The notes: generated by a model not told the origin, from the sequence alone. A stretch of DNA of 64,000 nucleotides from a virus (IMGVR_UViG_3300027754_000055:45653-109652); one strand, 5' to 3'; counted from the stretch's first letter, positions 11,901-21,674 are shown. Numbers and translations are program-made.

Positions 11901-12216
11901 TGGAAAAGGTTTAGCAGGCGTTGTTACTGAATTCAAGGTTGACTACGGGGAAGCAAAAGGCGCATGGGGAACAAATGGTAATAGTTTTTTAAGAGCACCA
12001 AAGTTCGTCACAATTAATTTAGGCATGCAAGTAATTCACGACATACCACTTGGCCTTGATGCAAATGGCATCATGAATGCACCAATATGGTCTGTGGGTA
12101 ATATGTCAAGGCAACTTGGAGGAATAACTGAGCCATTACCTAAACTACAAAATAGAAGTTATTTGAACGATGATAATCTTGGCGTTTTCAAAAAACCATT
12201 AATTAACAGAAGGTAA
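8902..12216 (+). CDS. baseplate/tail-tube initiator-like structural protein
   Basis: Tube-fold-like segment PFYVQDLRTNEILSFHAFL..EYTQQDGYGRMDKVQIYKGTTRKINVSF..LAMTIYPQ..PVVRLRLGD; located after the tape measure. Confidence 0.65.
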   Translation: MSKPLPPTPEQLQDPDPSIRGSRRRMTIYYNVNQEPDVGLPLAQLGTIDIADPIKQRYVEVLSQQTINAQNSIPIAPNSSVGHFYETPDPEQIQYISNDGNNPSGVPNAITNFFVTPSQFNFIGTDRKGVSEPKKITTRTFSINRYVKNINTDAIKHGALIDQQLLSTTGFNSLESNQFVVVDGTQEKPDDRLKIGPIYYNKKGAYKNTSFVGQPVLNGSTVTATSMSLEHLKKIGLNILYDAVQAGAGPDIDPTNGDGGFSEAEAGMAVPSLPRIGKKVRLSRFSPSYEAKKLFGVDKPNNPSFIDNEVGENPTMTYGNFYNPFSQFDSLVSLGQIAVCVAMVISFVVILELTSIAIPHDNRERLVYDPQAIDYANNKILGTSTIPNLPAYPTDGMSGGEFLQQFLGIKGLFTYTFHAFDDCLQNGLEEFFGVPGLRDGTGTALASGALRILLESGRLNTVLRDVIRNGIDIITSSDLNGGPYSIEATGRIIRDIRDSKILKFVNVLAQIGDKIAWELKLKGTNTKIGSNISVVDTLPDTRRFLIAKSRLSDGRLGWSNSNSPMLHLPLTSLFVTGADHRPRLETGISDTTGLDFLILNDNLMQTALHQEIISSASTDLGGEIGSFPTKNRLSKDLVEKMEEQLEADYMPFYVQDLRTNEILSFHAFLEDSSEDFSVEYTQQDGYGRMDKVQIYKGTTRKINVSFKMVATNEEDHNLMWYKINRLAMTIYPQWTQGREVNVGGIKFIQPFSQIPGATPVVRLRLGDLWRSNYSKQSIARLFGATTREDFNIFGANARTRSDVSARSQIDAANKTNRLICAMKPGGGFTTSATQPTTQANGAILVNPNDIFTANRSKIYLKGDYPGVESILDENFTPRPPNTTWALGQGKLIECSYVETITTGIRLNFERVMEEPTDIASGYSLEPKDGKQNIIILQIQYLKSNIDIDFTMFSLRTELQSQPENTQNTTTAGEQGLQDLNPTQFFDDTKNPILKSFSSTYGKGLAGVVTEFKVDYGEAKGAWGTNGNSFLRAPKFVTINLGMQVIHDIPLGLDANGIMNAPIWSVGNMSRQLGGITEPLPKLQNRSYLNDDNLGVFKKPLINRR

Positions 12217-12221
12217 CGGAA

Positions 12222-12515
12222 ATGGCAATAAGCAGATATAGTTTATCACCAAAAATTAATTTTGGTTTTCAATATGGCACCAGTGAAACAATTTCTTTAA
12301 TAAGAGCAGGAATAGCTTCTGGTGCAATAGCAACACAAGTGATTTTCTTAAAAGAAATAGTTAGATTGGATGTTCTTGCTGGGCAATATTATGGTGACGG
12401 AAGGTACTACTGGCTCCTATGTTGCGGTTCAAACGTGGGCTGGGCACTTCAAACGCCTCCAAATACACGAATTGTGATACCAAATTTAGAACAATCTTTG
12501 AGATATTTAGGTTAA
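12222..12515 (+). CDS. LysM/gp53-like baseplate wedge (tail X-like) protein
   Basis: RLDVLAGQYYGDGRYYWLL..N..IVIP motif. Confidence 0.75.
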   Translation: MAISRYSLSPKINFGFQYGTSETISLIRAGIASGAIATQVIFLKEIVRLDVLAGQYYGDGRYYWLLCCGSNVGWALQTPPNTRIVIPNLEQSLRYLG

Positions 12516-12540
12516 AAAATATATCTTATGATTCTTTATG

Positions 12541-12546
12541 TACTTA
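12541..12546 (+). promoter_or_regulatory. putative late promoter TANTTA (representative instance)
   Basis: Same hexamer closely upstream of about 20 structural/virion-type starts, e.g. 3252, 8879, 37341, 38943, 40398, 48067 (+) and 880, 23713, 34549, 47839, 56138, 56625 (-). Confidence 0.6.
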
Positions 12547-12558
12547 AGATAAATTACA

Positions 12559-15500
12559 ATGCTTAAATTAGATTTAAAACTCACAAAAGAACAAAAAAGT
12601 ATTCGTTTAGGAAAAATAAGAGATCGTTTTGCTCCATATTTTGGTTTTGTTGTGTCAGGAAGTATATCGGAAGCACTCGCACTTAATCAAGCTATTAATT
12701 CCCAAAGACAAAATGAAATAAGTGGTGCAGTTAATCCAGCAGGTCGTCTTGCATTAACTCCTGACCGTAACGCAGCACAGGTTTTTAATATATTTCTTGA
12801 TGGTGGCTCAGGTGCATTAAAAGCCATAGCTGATCAACAACCAGCTAGTCCTGGTAGCAGCACGACTACAGATTCATCTATTAAAGGAAGAATTATTAAT
12901 CTTTTTACAGGTGCCGATACTCATGCTACACAAAATTTTTCAAATTATGTTCAAATGCATTATTGCAATAGCCAAAACACCACACAGGCCGGAGAAAAAA
13001 CATTTTTTCCAAATCTAGATAGAATTGGATTTAATAATAATGATGAAAGATCAAAACAAAAATTATCTGTTTTTAGGATGATTCATCCACTTTTAGCCCC
13101 AGGTGAAAAAAATGCAGATTTATTGACAATATTTTTTAATGCTTTCCCAACACTAGAATTAGTAAGAGCTACACCAGTACTTGATATTAAAATGTATTCT
13201 TCACGACAAGTATTTCAAGATGGTAGACTTGCTGCTATTTCTCTGCAAAAAACCTTAGAAGGTGCCGTTGAAGCACCTGATGGAACAAATCAAAATTCAG
13301 CTTTAAGGGCAATTGGTCTCGCTAACCAAACAACCTCTTCACAATTTGGAGATAGCTCATTAGATTTTCAAAATTATTCTATTGCCGGTATGGAACTATT
13401 CCGTGCTCCACAAACCATGGTAAATCCAGATGCAACAAAAATAAAAAGCAATTTTCTTGCTCCTGTCATTGACCCATTTCGACCATTGGCATCAATAAAA
13501 AGTTTTGATGTGGATGTTAAAAGTGCCGTGGGACTTATTTCAACTAAAACAGCAAAACTTGAAATTGTATTACACGATAGATCAAGAATGGGAGAATTTG
13601 CGGATATTATTAAACCGGATCGTTACGGCTCTTCTTTTATTGAAGTAGAATACGGATGGTCGCACCCAGACCAAATGGAACATGACCCAAATAGTTTAAA
13701 CGGAAATCCTTATGCCGATATATTAAATCTTACTCGTACAAAAGAACATTATAATATTACCAATAGTTCCTTTAGCTTTGATGAGGTCGGACAAGTTAAT
13801 ATATCCTTAAATCTAGTTACTCGTGGCGCTTCAGAGATGACAGAATTATCAATTACTGGAAACCAGGAATATTTAAAACAACAACTGAGGATTATAGAAA
13901 ATATATCAAAAACAATAAATCGTTTATCAGCTGTTGCTTTTGGAAATCAAAGAGAAACTCAGGGTGGTACAAATACGCATCGACAAGAAGTTAGAGGCCA
14001 TCAAATGCTGGGGGCTGTAGGCGATGCCACAAATATGCTTGTTGTGAACGCAGAATTACTGAATTCATTACGCCAATTAAGAGAATCATTAGATTCTCGT
14101 ATTACAGGGAGAGGAAATGCGGCATCATCGGACAATGTAAGAAGTGCTTCCGAACAAATGGTGCGTGAAATAAATTCTTTGTTAGGTCCAAGTACTTCTA
14201 CCAGCACAACTCAAGTAGTTACGGGAGCAATAGGAAATATACAGTCATCGGTCAATAGAGATATTTATGAATCTCTAAGAAATATAAATAAAACAGATCC
14301 TACTAATATGAATGATTTTGATGCAGATATATTTTTCAATAATATGCCTGAAAATCAAAAAAATTATTTTAAAAGCAATGCAAACGTATTAACAAGAAGA
14401 GATCCTCCAATTAGACGTGGAGCAGAAACAAACGAGAACAATCAATTATTAGATGTTGCGGAATTAAATCATAATCTTGGTAACAATAGAAGAAAAGTTG
14501 TATCGTTAGGAACTTTATTTACAGCATTTGTGGCTAAACCGTTAGCAATGATACAAGACACATCAACAGCACAAGATAAATTTGAAGAAGTGCAAGTTTA
14601 TTTTTATAATTTCAACAATAAAGCTAGCAGGATGAGTCACTGCAATATAAGTCAATTTCCAATAATGATAGATTTTTTTGCACGTGAATATTCACGATTA
14701 AGATTAGAGAATTTAAATAGATCAGTAAACATGTCGGTAATAGAATTTGTCAACTTTCTAGCTAATAAAATGGTCGATGACTCTATGAATCCAGCCTACG
14801 GCATAAGTGATTTATATAGATATAATAGTGAAAGTAGAGAATTAGAAATTGCTACGAGTGGACGCAATGAAGAAGTTAGACAAGATAATTTTAATCTTAG
14901 AATGAGAAATGTTATGGAAAGTAATAACATTGGACATTCGCCAGATTTCCAGATGCCACAGATAACATTAGACATTGAAGCTGTTCCTTATGCTTATGAC
15001 GAAAAAAAAACTATATTAAAACTACACATTTATGATAAAGCTTGTTCATCTACAGCACCTTTAAGAGAACTATTATCTTTATCAACAGAAAATCTCATGT
15101 CAACGCTTTCGTCGTTTCCCGCAAATCAAGAATCCGCAGAGGCGCAAGAACAAGCAAATGCTGCGGAAAGTAATTCAACACAAGCAAACGCTAGACATCA
15201 TCATCATGGTCATAGGCAAAATAGAAATCCAGCACCAGCAACAGTAGATCCACATCCATTGATGAGTGCATGGAGAAGCTCTTATCGAACTATTTTAGAT
15301 CATGCAAATGATATTGGAATGATCGTGCCTGTCAATGAGGCCGCTAGAAATTTATTAAATAATATTAATCAACAAATATCAAACATACCACAAAATCCAC
15401 AATTTAGGTTTACAGGTGGACCAAAGAGATTAAAGGAAATGGTTATGCAGTATGTGCCGCATATTATTTATGGGTCCATGTATTCAACAGTTAAATCTGC

Positions 15501-15918
15501 AAATTTATCGACACAGCAAAATGCACAGCTTGCATCGATTAATATGTTAAGAAGCCTTAACGGTGATCCAGTCGCAGCAAACGGCGAACAAGCTGGTGGC
15601 GTACCGTTGAGTGTCTATCCATGCGAATTATCTATTACAACTTTGGGATGCCCATTTATTCGTTACTCGCAGGAAATATTTGTTGATTTTAATACAAATA
15701 CTACAGCAGATAACATTTATTATGTAACGGGTTTATCTCATAAAATAGAGGCTGGTAACTATGAGACCACAATTAAACTTACTCCCAATGATGCTTTTGG
15801 TCAATATCGTAACATGATTTCTCAAATTAATTCAGCAGCTGGTTACTTAAGTGATGCAAATTCTCACGCCACCTCTGCACCTAATTCAACGACTTCACAG
15901 CAGCCATCTGGAAGATAA
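12559..15918 (+). CDS. baseplate hub-like protein (gp27/late control D-like)
   Basis: IEVEYGWSHP motif and C-terminal LSITTLGCP..IFVDF..DNIYYVTGLSHKIEAGNYETTIKL; follows the LysM gene. Confidence 0.65.
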   Translation: MLKLDLKLTKEQKSIRLGKIRDRFAPYFGFVVSGSISEALALNQAINSQRQNEISGAVNPAGRLALTPDRNAAQVFNIFLDGGSGALKAIADQQPASPGSSTTTDSSIKGRIINLFTGADTHATQNFSNYVQMHYCNSQNTTQAGEKTFFPNLDRIGFNNNDERSKQKLSVFRMIHPLLAPGEKNADLLTIFFNAFPTLELVRATPVLDIKMYSSRQVFQDGRLAAISLQKTLEGAVEAPDGTNQNSALRAIGLANQTTSSQFGDSSLDFQNYSIAGMELFRAPQTMVNPDATKIKSNFLAPVIDPFRPLASIKSFDVDVKSAVGLISTKTAKLEIVLHDRSRMGEFADIIKPDRYGSSFIEVEYGWSHPDQMEHDPNSLNGNPYADILNLTRTKEHYNITNSSFSFDEVGQVNISLNLVTRGASEMTELSITGNQEYLKQQLRIIENISKTINRLSAVAFGNQRETQGGTNTHRQEVRGHQMLGAVGDATNMLVVNAELLNSLRQLRESLDSRITGRGNAASSDNVRSASEQMVREINSLLGPSTSTSTTQVVTGAIGNIQSSVNRDIYESLRNINKTDPTNMNDFDADIFFNNMPENQKNYFKSNANVLTRRDPPIRRGAETNENNQLLDVAELNHNLGNNRRKVVSLGTLFTAFVAKPLAMIQDTSTAQDKFEEVQVYFYNFNNKASRMSHCNISQFPIMIDFFAREYSRLRLENLNRSVNMSVIEFVNFLANKMVDDSMNPAYGISDLYRYNSESRELEIATSGRNEEVRQDNFNLRMRNVMESNNIGHSPDFQMPQITLDIEAVPYAYDEKKTILKLHIYDKACSSTAPLRELLSLSTENLMSTLSSFPANQESAEAQEQANAAESNSTQANARHHHHGHRQNRNPAPATVDPHPLMSAWRSSYRTILDHANDIGMIVPVNEAARNLLNNINQQISNIPQNPQFRFTGGPKRLKEMVMQYVPHIIYGSMYSTVKSANLSTQQNAQLASINMLRSLNGDPVAANGEQAGGVPLSVYPCELSITTLGCPFIRYSQEIFVDFNTNTTADNIYYVTGLSHKIEAGNYETTIKLTPNDAFGQYRNMISQINSAAGYLSDANSHATSAPNSTTSQQPSGR

Positions 15919-15965
15919 TTTTATCTGATTGCTTTTGATAAGGATTGCTGTATAGTACATCCTAT

Positions 15966-17069
15966 ATGGAAAGTAATATCATTTCTCAACTATATCTTTT
16001 ACCTTCTCCCCGACTCGCTCCAGAGACGCACCAGAAGGCTTTTAAAGGGCTCTCAGCAAGGCTCCAAGGCAATGCCGTTCCATGGGAACTAGCGGTTCCT
16101 GAGAAGGCTTATAGAGCGATTAAAAAGGATCAAGAAGCGTATGCCGCAGAACTACAAAACTTGGATCTCAGTTATGTTCACCAAATCTATGAACCAACAA
16201 ACCAAGTGTTTGATTTCTTGCAGCCAGCAAAAATAAACACAGAAAAATATAACCAGTATATTCAATTGGATACAACCAGCCATACCGAAAGCTTTGCACC
16301 CAATGAAGAAGGTTATGCCAGACCCGTAGAATATGATCGGCTATCCACTCTAACCGGTAGACTAAAAACAATCTCTGGTCCACGACTATTGCTTCTCCCC
16401 AAAATATACCGAGGTTTAATGGAATCCCGCTGGGGAACCAAAGGGAAAATAATCTCATTAGATTATAGCTCTCTAGAGCCACGAACTCTTTTAGCTGCTT
16501 GTGGAGGACAACCAATAGAGAAGGATGTATATTCAAATATTAAGGATAATCTCTTTAAAGATATCAATAATATCAACAGAACTACCGTTAAAAAAGTTGT
16601 GTTATCTGAATTGTATGGCGCTGGATTAGATTCCATTAAAGAAAAACTACCCGATGTGCAAGACGTAGCATGGGTAGTTAATGAAATCAGAAATTATTTC
16701 GGTATTGAAAAGCTAAAACAAAAACTATATTCGGAATGGATCTCTAGCGGTCAAAGATATATCACTAATTTCTATGGCAGAAGAGTGAAAACAGAAAATA
16801 CTCATACTTTGATAAACCATTATATTCAATCAACCGCTGTGGATATATCTTTGCAAGGATTTTTAAATATCCTACAATTCATCAAAGACATGGATCGTCT
16901 TTCAGATATCATTCCATTGTTTATTTTACATGATGCCATTATTTTAGACGTAAACGAAAATGCTTTTACAATGTTAAATGCATTATGTAAGGTTGGATCT
17001 ACAGATATAAAGGATCTAGCAGATACTAAATTCTATATGTCGATTGATAAGGAATTCGCACTCACATGA
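15966..17069 (+). CDS. family A DNA polymerase, polymerase domain only
   Basis: TGRL, motif A DYSSLEPR, motif B RTTVKKVVLSELYG, NHYIQSTAVD, motif C LHDAI; about 367 aa with no exonuclease domains. Confidence 0.85.
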   Translation: MESNIISQLYLLPSPRLAPETHQKAFKGLSARLQGNAVPWELAVPEKAYRAIKKDQEAYAAELQNLDLSYVHQIYEPTNQVFDFLQPAKINTEKYNQYIQLDTTSHTESFAPNEEGYARPVEYDRLSTLTGRLKTISGPRLLLLPKIYRGLMESRWGTKGKIISLDYSSLEPRTLLAACGGQPIEKDVYSNIKDNLFKDINNINRTTVKKVVLSELYGAGLDSIKEKLPDVQDVAWVVNEIRNYFGIEKLKQKLYSEWISSGQRYITNFYGRRVKTENTHTLINHYIQSTAVDISLQGFLNILQFIKDMDRLSDIIPLFILHDAIILDVNENAFTMLNALCKVGSTDIKDLADTKFYMSIDKEFALT

Positions 17070-17419
17070 ACACCATAGATAAAATTAAGCTTCTAGCATC
17101 TGAATATGGGGACGGGAAATGTACGAATGTTTCCGTAATTCACTCAGATTATTTGGCAGAAAGACTTGGAAAATATCGTGCTTTTGCCCAACTCGCAATT
17201 GAAAAGCACGATTGCCAAAATGAGCATCTCAATGATATTGAGCACGGAAGAGGAAATACAGAAGAAGAAGCAATTGAGAACTTGTATCTCAGATGTTTAA
17301 AAACCATCAACAATGAAAGCTCTATTCTAACTTCGGAAATAGAAAAACTTAAAAATCATTTATCTAAAATGACTACCAATTTAGAACATTTAAACAACCT
17401 ACTGAAAGAAACAAAATGA
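17066..17419 (+). CDS. hypothetical protein with a C-terminal coiled coil
   Basis: ATGA overlaps with both neighbours. Confidence 0.65.
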   Translation: MNTIDKIKLLASEYGDGKCTNVSVIHSDYLAERLGKYRAFAQLAIEKHDCQNEHLNDIEHGRGNTEEEAIENLYLRCLKTINNESSILTSEIEKLKNHLSKMTTNLEHLNNLLKETK

Positions 17420-18024
17420 CACCAGAACAAACAGTTATCAAAAATTTTGAATTATTTAAAACACAAACATCAAAACTTGGTCCAAAGGCCGGAAAACTAT
17501 TAGAATTTATTGATGCAAACGCAGAGCGTATTATGCTTTCGCCAGCATCCTCTAAAGTTGATTATAACTGTTGTCATGTTGGAGGCTTAGTCGAGCATTC
17601 ATTGCGTGTGCTACAAAACGCAGCAAAGCTACGTCAGGTTTACAATCAAACAGAAACCATTTCTACTCCTAGCCTAATTCTTTGTTCTTTGTTTCATGAT
17701 ATTGGAAAAATCGGCACAGAAACCAAAGATTATTATATTGAAAACACTTCTAAATGGCATCGTGAAACTCTAGGCCAACTTTATGTAATTACCGACAAAC
17801 TTCAACACGTACCTGTATCTCAAATTAGTCTTTGGTGGCTTTCTAAACAATCAGTTGACTTAGATCTGGATGAATGGTACAGTATATCTGCGATTGGTAA
17901 TAAACACCGGCAAGAAGAGTTGCCAACGCAAGGAGAGCCTTGGTTAACAGTTATTTTGCAACAAGCAATTAAATCTGCTTGTTTGATGGGTAAAGGTAAA
18001 ACCAAGGTAAATCCCATACAATAA
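17416..18024 (+). CDS. HD-domain phosphohydrolase (YhaM-like)
   Basis: PAS..HVGGLVEHSLRV and LFHDIGKIG motifs. Confidence 0.85.
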   Translation: MTPEQTVIKNFELFKTQTSKLGPKAGKLLEFIDANAERIMLSPASSKVDYNCCHVGGLVEHSLRVLQNAAKLRQVYNQTETISTPSLILCSLFHDIGKIGTETKDYYIENTSKWHRETLGQLYVITDKLQHVPVSQISLWWLSKQSVDLDLDEWYSISAIGNKHRQEELPTQGEPWLTVILQQAIKSACLMGKGKTKVNPIQ

Positions 18025-18118
18025 TCTCTTTTTGTACTATACTTATTAGGTAGACCACCCCAATAGAGTATATTGAATACTAAACAAAATAGTGGTAAGA
18101 AAAAAGGAAAAAAACATC

Positions 18119-18952
18119 ATGGCATATAATATTGACGCAATCCGTTCCGCTCTAACCAAAGGCGACAAAACAGCCGCCAAAACAACCACAAGCGATAAAC
18201 CAAAACAAGCATACTGGAAGCCAACAGTCGGTGAGCATGATCTACGATTTTTGCCAATCCAATCATCAACAGGTGAACCCTTTCAAGAAGTACTCTTTTA
18301 TGACAAAAGGGAGCTATCTGAACGACGTTTTGTAGCACCTTATGCTTTTGGACTTCCTGATCCAATCAAGGAGCAATTTGATGAATTGCGAAATAGTAAA
18401 AAGCACCCAGGAGGCTGGGCTATTGCCAAGCATCTTCGTCCAAAGGAACGCTATTATGGCGTTGTAATCGTTCGTGGCGAAGAAGCAAAAGGCCCACAAG
18501 TCTGGGAATTTAGCAAAGAAACACGTGATATGGTTTATAGCATCCTGTCAAATAAAGACAATATTGACGAGGATATGTTTTCACCAGAAGTAGGATATGA
18601 TTTTACGTGTGCAGTAACGCCTGTTATTGAAAATGGTAAACCACGAACTTTCAATGGTTTGCCAGTTAAAGCAATCAATCTCCAGGCACGCAAAAAGCCA
18701 TCTCCTCTATCAAAGGATAAAGCACAAGCAAAGGCATGGGTGGAAGCCATTCCGAATCTAGAAGAGACGTTCAAACGTCAATGCAAGGCTCCAGAAGAGC
18801 TTGTAGAACTTCTAGAGAACTTTGTAGCAACACTTACTAATACTACAAAACCAACTGAATCTGGCACAGATCATACTGAAGCTGTTGTCGGTAAAGCGAA
18901 AGCTAGTGCAGCAGAAGATAAACTGGACGACGCCTTCAGCGGCATGTTCTGA
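18119..18952 (+). CDS. single-stranded DNA-binding protein, T4 gp32-like
   Basis: YWKP..GEHDLRFLP, DPIKE, GPQVWEF, GYDF and an acidic C-terminal tail (EDKLDDAFSGMF); AAAGGA RBS. Confidence 0.8.
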   Translation: MAYNIDAIRSALTKGDKTAAKTTTSDKPKQAYWKPTVGEHDLRFLPIQSSTGEPFQEVLFYDKRELSERRFVAPYAFGLPDPIKEQFDELRNSKKHPGGWAIAKHLRPKERYYGVVIVRGEEAKGPQVWEFSKETRDMVYSILSNKDNIDEDMFSPEVGYDFTCAVTPVIENGKPRTFNGLPVKAINLQARKKPSPLSKDKAQAKAWVEAIPNLEETFKRQCKAPEELVELLENFVATLTNTTKPTESGTDHTEAVVGKAKASAAEDKLDDAFSGMF

Positions 18953-18990
18953 TAATAGTATCAAAATTTTAAATTGATGGGGGGGGGATT

Positions 18991-19025
18991 GAAAGGGACA
19001 TCTAAAATGGTGTCCCTTTCTTTTT
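18991..19025 (+). terminator. rho-independent terminator
   Basis: GAAAGGGACA-N10-TGTCCCTTTC stem followed by a T tract, downstream of the SSB gene. Confidence 0.8.
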
Positions 19026-19135
19026 GTATTTCTTATAATTAAAAATATATTAATTCAATTAAATATTATAATTCGTTGATAATCAATTGACATCAATAAC
19101 CATATCTCCTAATATGTTTTTAGGAGATAAAACAC

Positions 19136-21448
19136 ATGGCACCACCAAAAACAAAAAAACCACCACTATTATCAGATGAAGAATTGGCCAATGCAAACAA
19201 TGAGGACATTGATTTCTCGGCTGAATTAATCAAGCAAATCAATAAAGAAGCTGGCAATCGTATTGCTTTCAATCTTGGTACAGATGATGCGCCAACAAAC
19301 ATAAAACGCTGGATCTCAACCGGATCAAAACAACTAGATTACATTGTCTCAAATCGTCCAAACGGAGGTCTTGCAGAGGGTAGAATTATTGAAATTCAAG
19401 GCCCTGCTTCATGTCATGCCAAAGGTACTTTGGTTTTGAAATATGATGGCAATCCAATTAAAGTAGAAGAAGTAACCACTAAAACAGTTCTAATGGGACC
19501 AGACAGTAAGCCCCGAAAAGTTCTGGAGGTGCATTCTGGCAAAGATGAAATGTATCGTATTACTCCATTTACTGGTGCAAATCCATTTACTGTAAATCAA
19601 AATCATATTCTTACTTTAAAGAGAGCAGCAACCAAAAAGAAACTAGAAAAGCGTAACGGAGAAGTTGTTAACGTTACAGTTAAAGAATATGTAAATTCAT
19701 CACGTTCTTTTAAGAAGAACTATAAGCTTTATCGTTCAAACTTAATTGAATTTAATAAAGATAAAAAATCTACTTTAGATATTCCGCCATATATTCTTGG
19801 GCTTTTGATCGGTGACGGTTCTCTTTCAAAACAAAGAATAGAATTAACAACGGCAGATAATCCAATTGTTTCAGAATTTACGTCATACATCCTAGATTTA
19901 GGGCATTCCGTAGCTTTATACAATAAAGCTAAAACCAAAGCAATTGGTCTTTATGTTAATAAAAATAGACTAAGCCATAATATCCTCCAGCAAAAACTTG
20001 AAAGCATTGGTTTGCTTGGTAAGAAAAGTGGTGATAAATTTATTCCAAAAAACTACCAGACTAGTTCAAAAGAAAACAGATTGGAACTTCTAGCTGGTTT
20101 AATTGATACTGATGGATATAGAGATGTAAATGGCAGTTATGAATATTCAACTAAATCATTGCAGCTAAGTGAAGATGTGGCATTCGTTGCAAGAAGTCTT
20201 GGTTTTTCTGTAACAATATCAGATAAATTTGTTGCTGATCAATTATATTATCGTCTTTACATGTTTAATAATAAAATTGAAATTCCAAGTCGGCTCAGCA
20301 GAAAACAACAAAAAGTAAGAAATATAAAGAAAAATCTTTCTCTTGTTGGATTTAACATTGAAGCTGTTGGGGTGGATGAATATTATGGCTTTGCAGTAGA
20401 TTCTGATAATCTATTTCTTGGATATGATTTCTTAGTTCATCACAATTCTGGAAAATCACATATAGCATATGAGATCGCCAAATCGACCCAGCATATGGGT
20501 GGTATTGTTGTGTATATTGATACAGAGAATGCTACTTCAGTTGAAAACCTTGAAACTATTGGGATCGATATTCGCAAAAAATTTGTTTTTATCCAAGAAA
20601 CCTGTATTGAGGAAATTTTTAAGGTCATTGAAAGCACGATTGAAAAAGCAAGAAATCTTAAAGCAGATGTGCCGGTTACTATTATTTGGGATTCGGTAGC
20701 GGCTTCTGCTCCAAAAGCAGAGATTGAGGGTGATTACGACCAAAACACCATTGGGCTTGCTGCTCGTGTATTGTCGAAAGGTTTCCGCAAGATTACACAT
20801 GTGATTGGAGACAAAAATGTGTGTTTATTGCTGTTAAATCAGCAGAGAGTTAAGATCGGGGTCATGTTTTCAGACCCGACCACGACTCCTGGAGGCATGG
20901 CAATCCCTTATCACGCTTCTACACGCATCAAACTTACCGGTGGACAGCAAATTAAACAGACAATTAACGGCAAAGAAGCTGTTGTTGGCATCAACGTGAC
21001 ATGCAAGACTATCAAGAACAAGGTTGCACGCCCATGGAGAGAAGTAAGTTTTGAAATCCATTTCGGCAAAGGTATTCGTGAAGATGAACAGATTTTTGAC
21101 GAGTTACGTGAATATTGCGAAAAATGCAAAGACACTGTAATTGTAAATGGTATGAAGGTTAAAGTCCATGGTGGAGGGGCATGGAAATATTTCACAGTAA
21201 GTGATAACAGTACGGGTGAAGTAGTCCATGACATAACTTTTAATAAATCTGCATTTAGAGAGAAAGTAATTAACAATCCAGAAGTTCAAGTATATCTTAC
21301 GGGTTTAATGGATGCAGCATTTATTATGGGAAATGGAGATGATAATCATAAAACCATTGCCAGTATTGATTTAAATTCTGCCACAGAAGTTGAAGCAGTT
21401 AAAGTAGAGAGAACTGTTAAGACCGGGAAGAATCTTCTGCTTGATTAA
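19136..21448 (+). CDS. recA: RecA/UvsX-like recombinase containing an intein
   Basis: ISTGSKQLD, GRIIEIQGPAS|SGKS Walker A split by the intein, YIDTENA, WDSVAA, LNQQR..IGVMFSDPTTTPGG, KNKVARP. Confidence 0.92.
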   Translation: MAPPKTKKPPLLSDEELANANNEDIDFSAELIKQINKEAGNRIAFNLGTDDAPTNIKRWISTGSKQLDYIVSNRPNGGLAEGRIIEIQGPASCHAKGTLVLKYDGNPIKVEEVTTKTVLMGPDSKPRKVLEVHSGKDEMYRITPFTGANPFTVNQNHILTLKRAATKKKLEKRNGEVVNVTVKEYVNSSRSFKKNYKLYRSNLIEFNKDKKSTLDIPPYILGLLIGDGSLSKQRIELTTADNPIVSEFTSYILDLGHSVALYNKAKTKAIGLYVNKNRLSHNILQQKLESIGLLGKKSGDKFIPKNYQTSSKENRLELLAGLIDTDGYRDVNGSYEYSTKSLQLSEDVAFVARSLGFSVTISDKFVADQLYYRLYMFNNKIEIPSRLSRKQQKVRNIKKNLSLVGFNIEAVGVDEYYGFAVDSDNLFLGYDFLVHHNSGKSHIAYEIAKSTQHMGGIVVYIDTENATSVENLETIGIDIRKKFVFIQETCIEEIFKVIESTIEKARNLKADVPVTIIWDSVAASAPKAEIEGDYDQNTIGLAARVLSKGFRKITHVIGDKNVCLLLLNQQRVKIGVMFSDPTTTPGGMAIPYHASTRIKLTGGQQIKQTINGKEAVVGINVTCKTIKNKVARPWREVSFEIHFGKGIREDEQIFDELREYCEKCKDTVIVNGMKVKVHGGGAWKYFTVSDNSTGEVVHDITFNKSAFREKVINNPEVQVYLTGLMDAAFIMGNGDDNHKTIASIDLNSATEVEAVKVERTVKTGKNLLLD
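19412..20446 (+). mobile_element. intein with LAGLIDADG homing endonuclease (345 aa) in the RecA P-loop
   Basis: Starts CHAKGT; block B TVNQNHIL; LGLLIGDG and LAGLIDTDG motifs; ends VHHN followed by Ser. Confidence 0.93.
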
Positions 21449-21653
21449 TTTTGCTATTTAGCAGATTATTTTTACGGTCAAATTCGCTTATAGCAATTGA
21501 TAACAAACTCAATAGTTGTTGTTCCTGAACATCATCCATCTGGTTGCGTTTGTTATCGATTTCCCGATGTAGCTCATCAAAATTTTTAATAGATATCTCG
21601 GCTAAAATTGCTTCTTTTATGATGCTTTTAAGTTGTTTTGTTATAGAATCCAT
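21417..21653 (-). CDS. small hypothetical protein with a virion-type N-terminus (LKSIIKEAILAE)
   Basis: GAGGA RBS and TATTTA motif at 21668-21673. Confidence 0.6.
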   Translation of the reverse strand: MDSITKQLKSIIKEAILAEISIKNFDELHREIDNKRNQMDDVQEQQLLSLLSIAISEFDRKNNLLNSKINQAEDSSRS

Positions 21654-21674
21654 AATATCCTCAAGAGTAAATAT

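Noticed and set aside
18978-18987. Poly-G run as a phase-variation switch
   Set aside because: Intergenic, between a stop codon and a terminator; no frame or promoter spacing is affected
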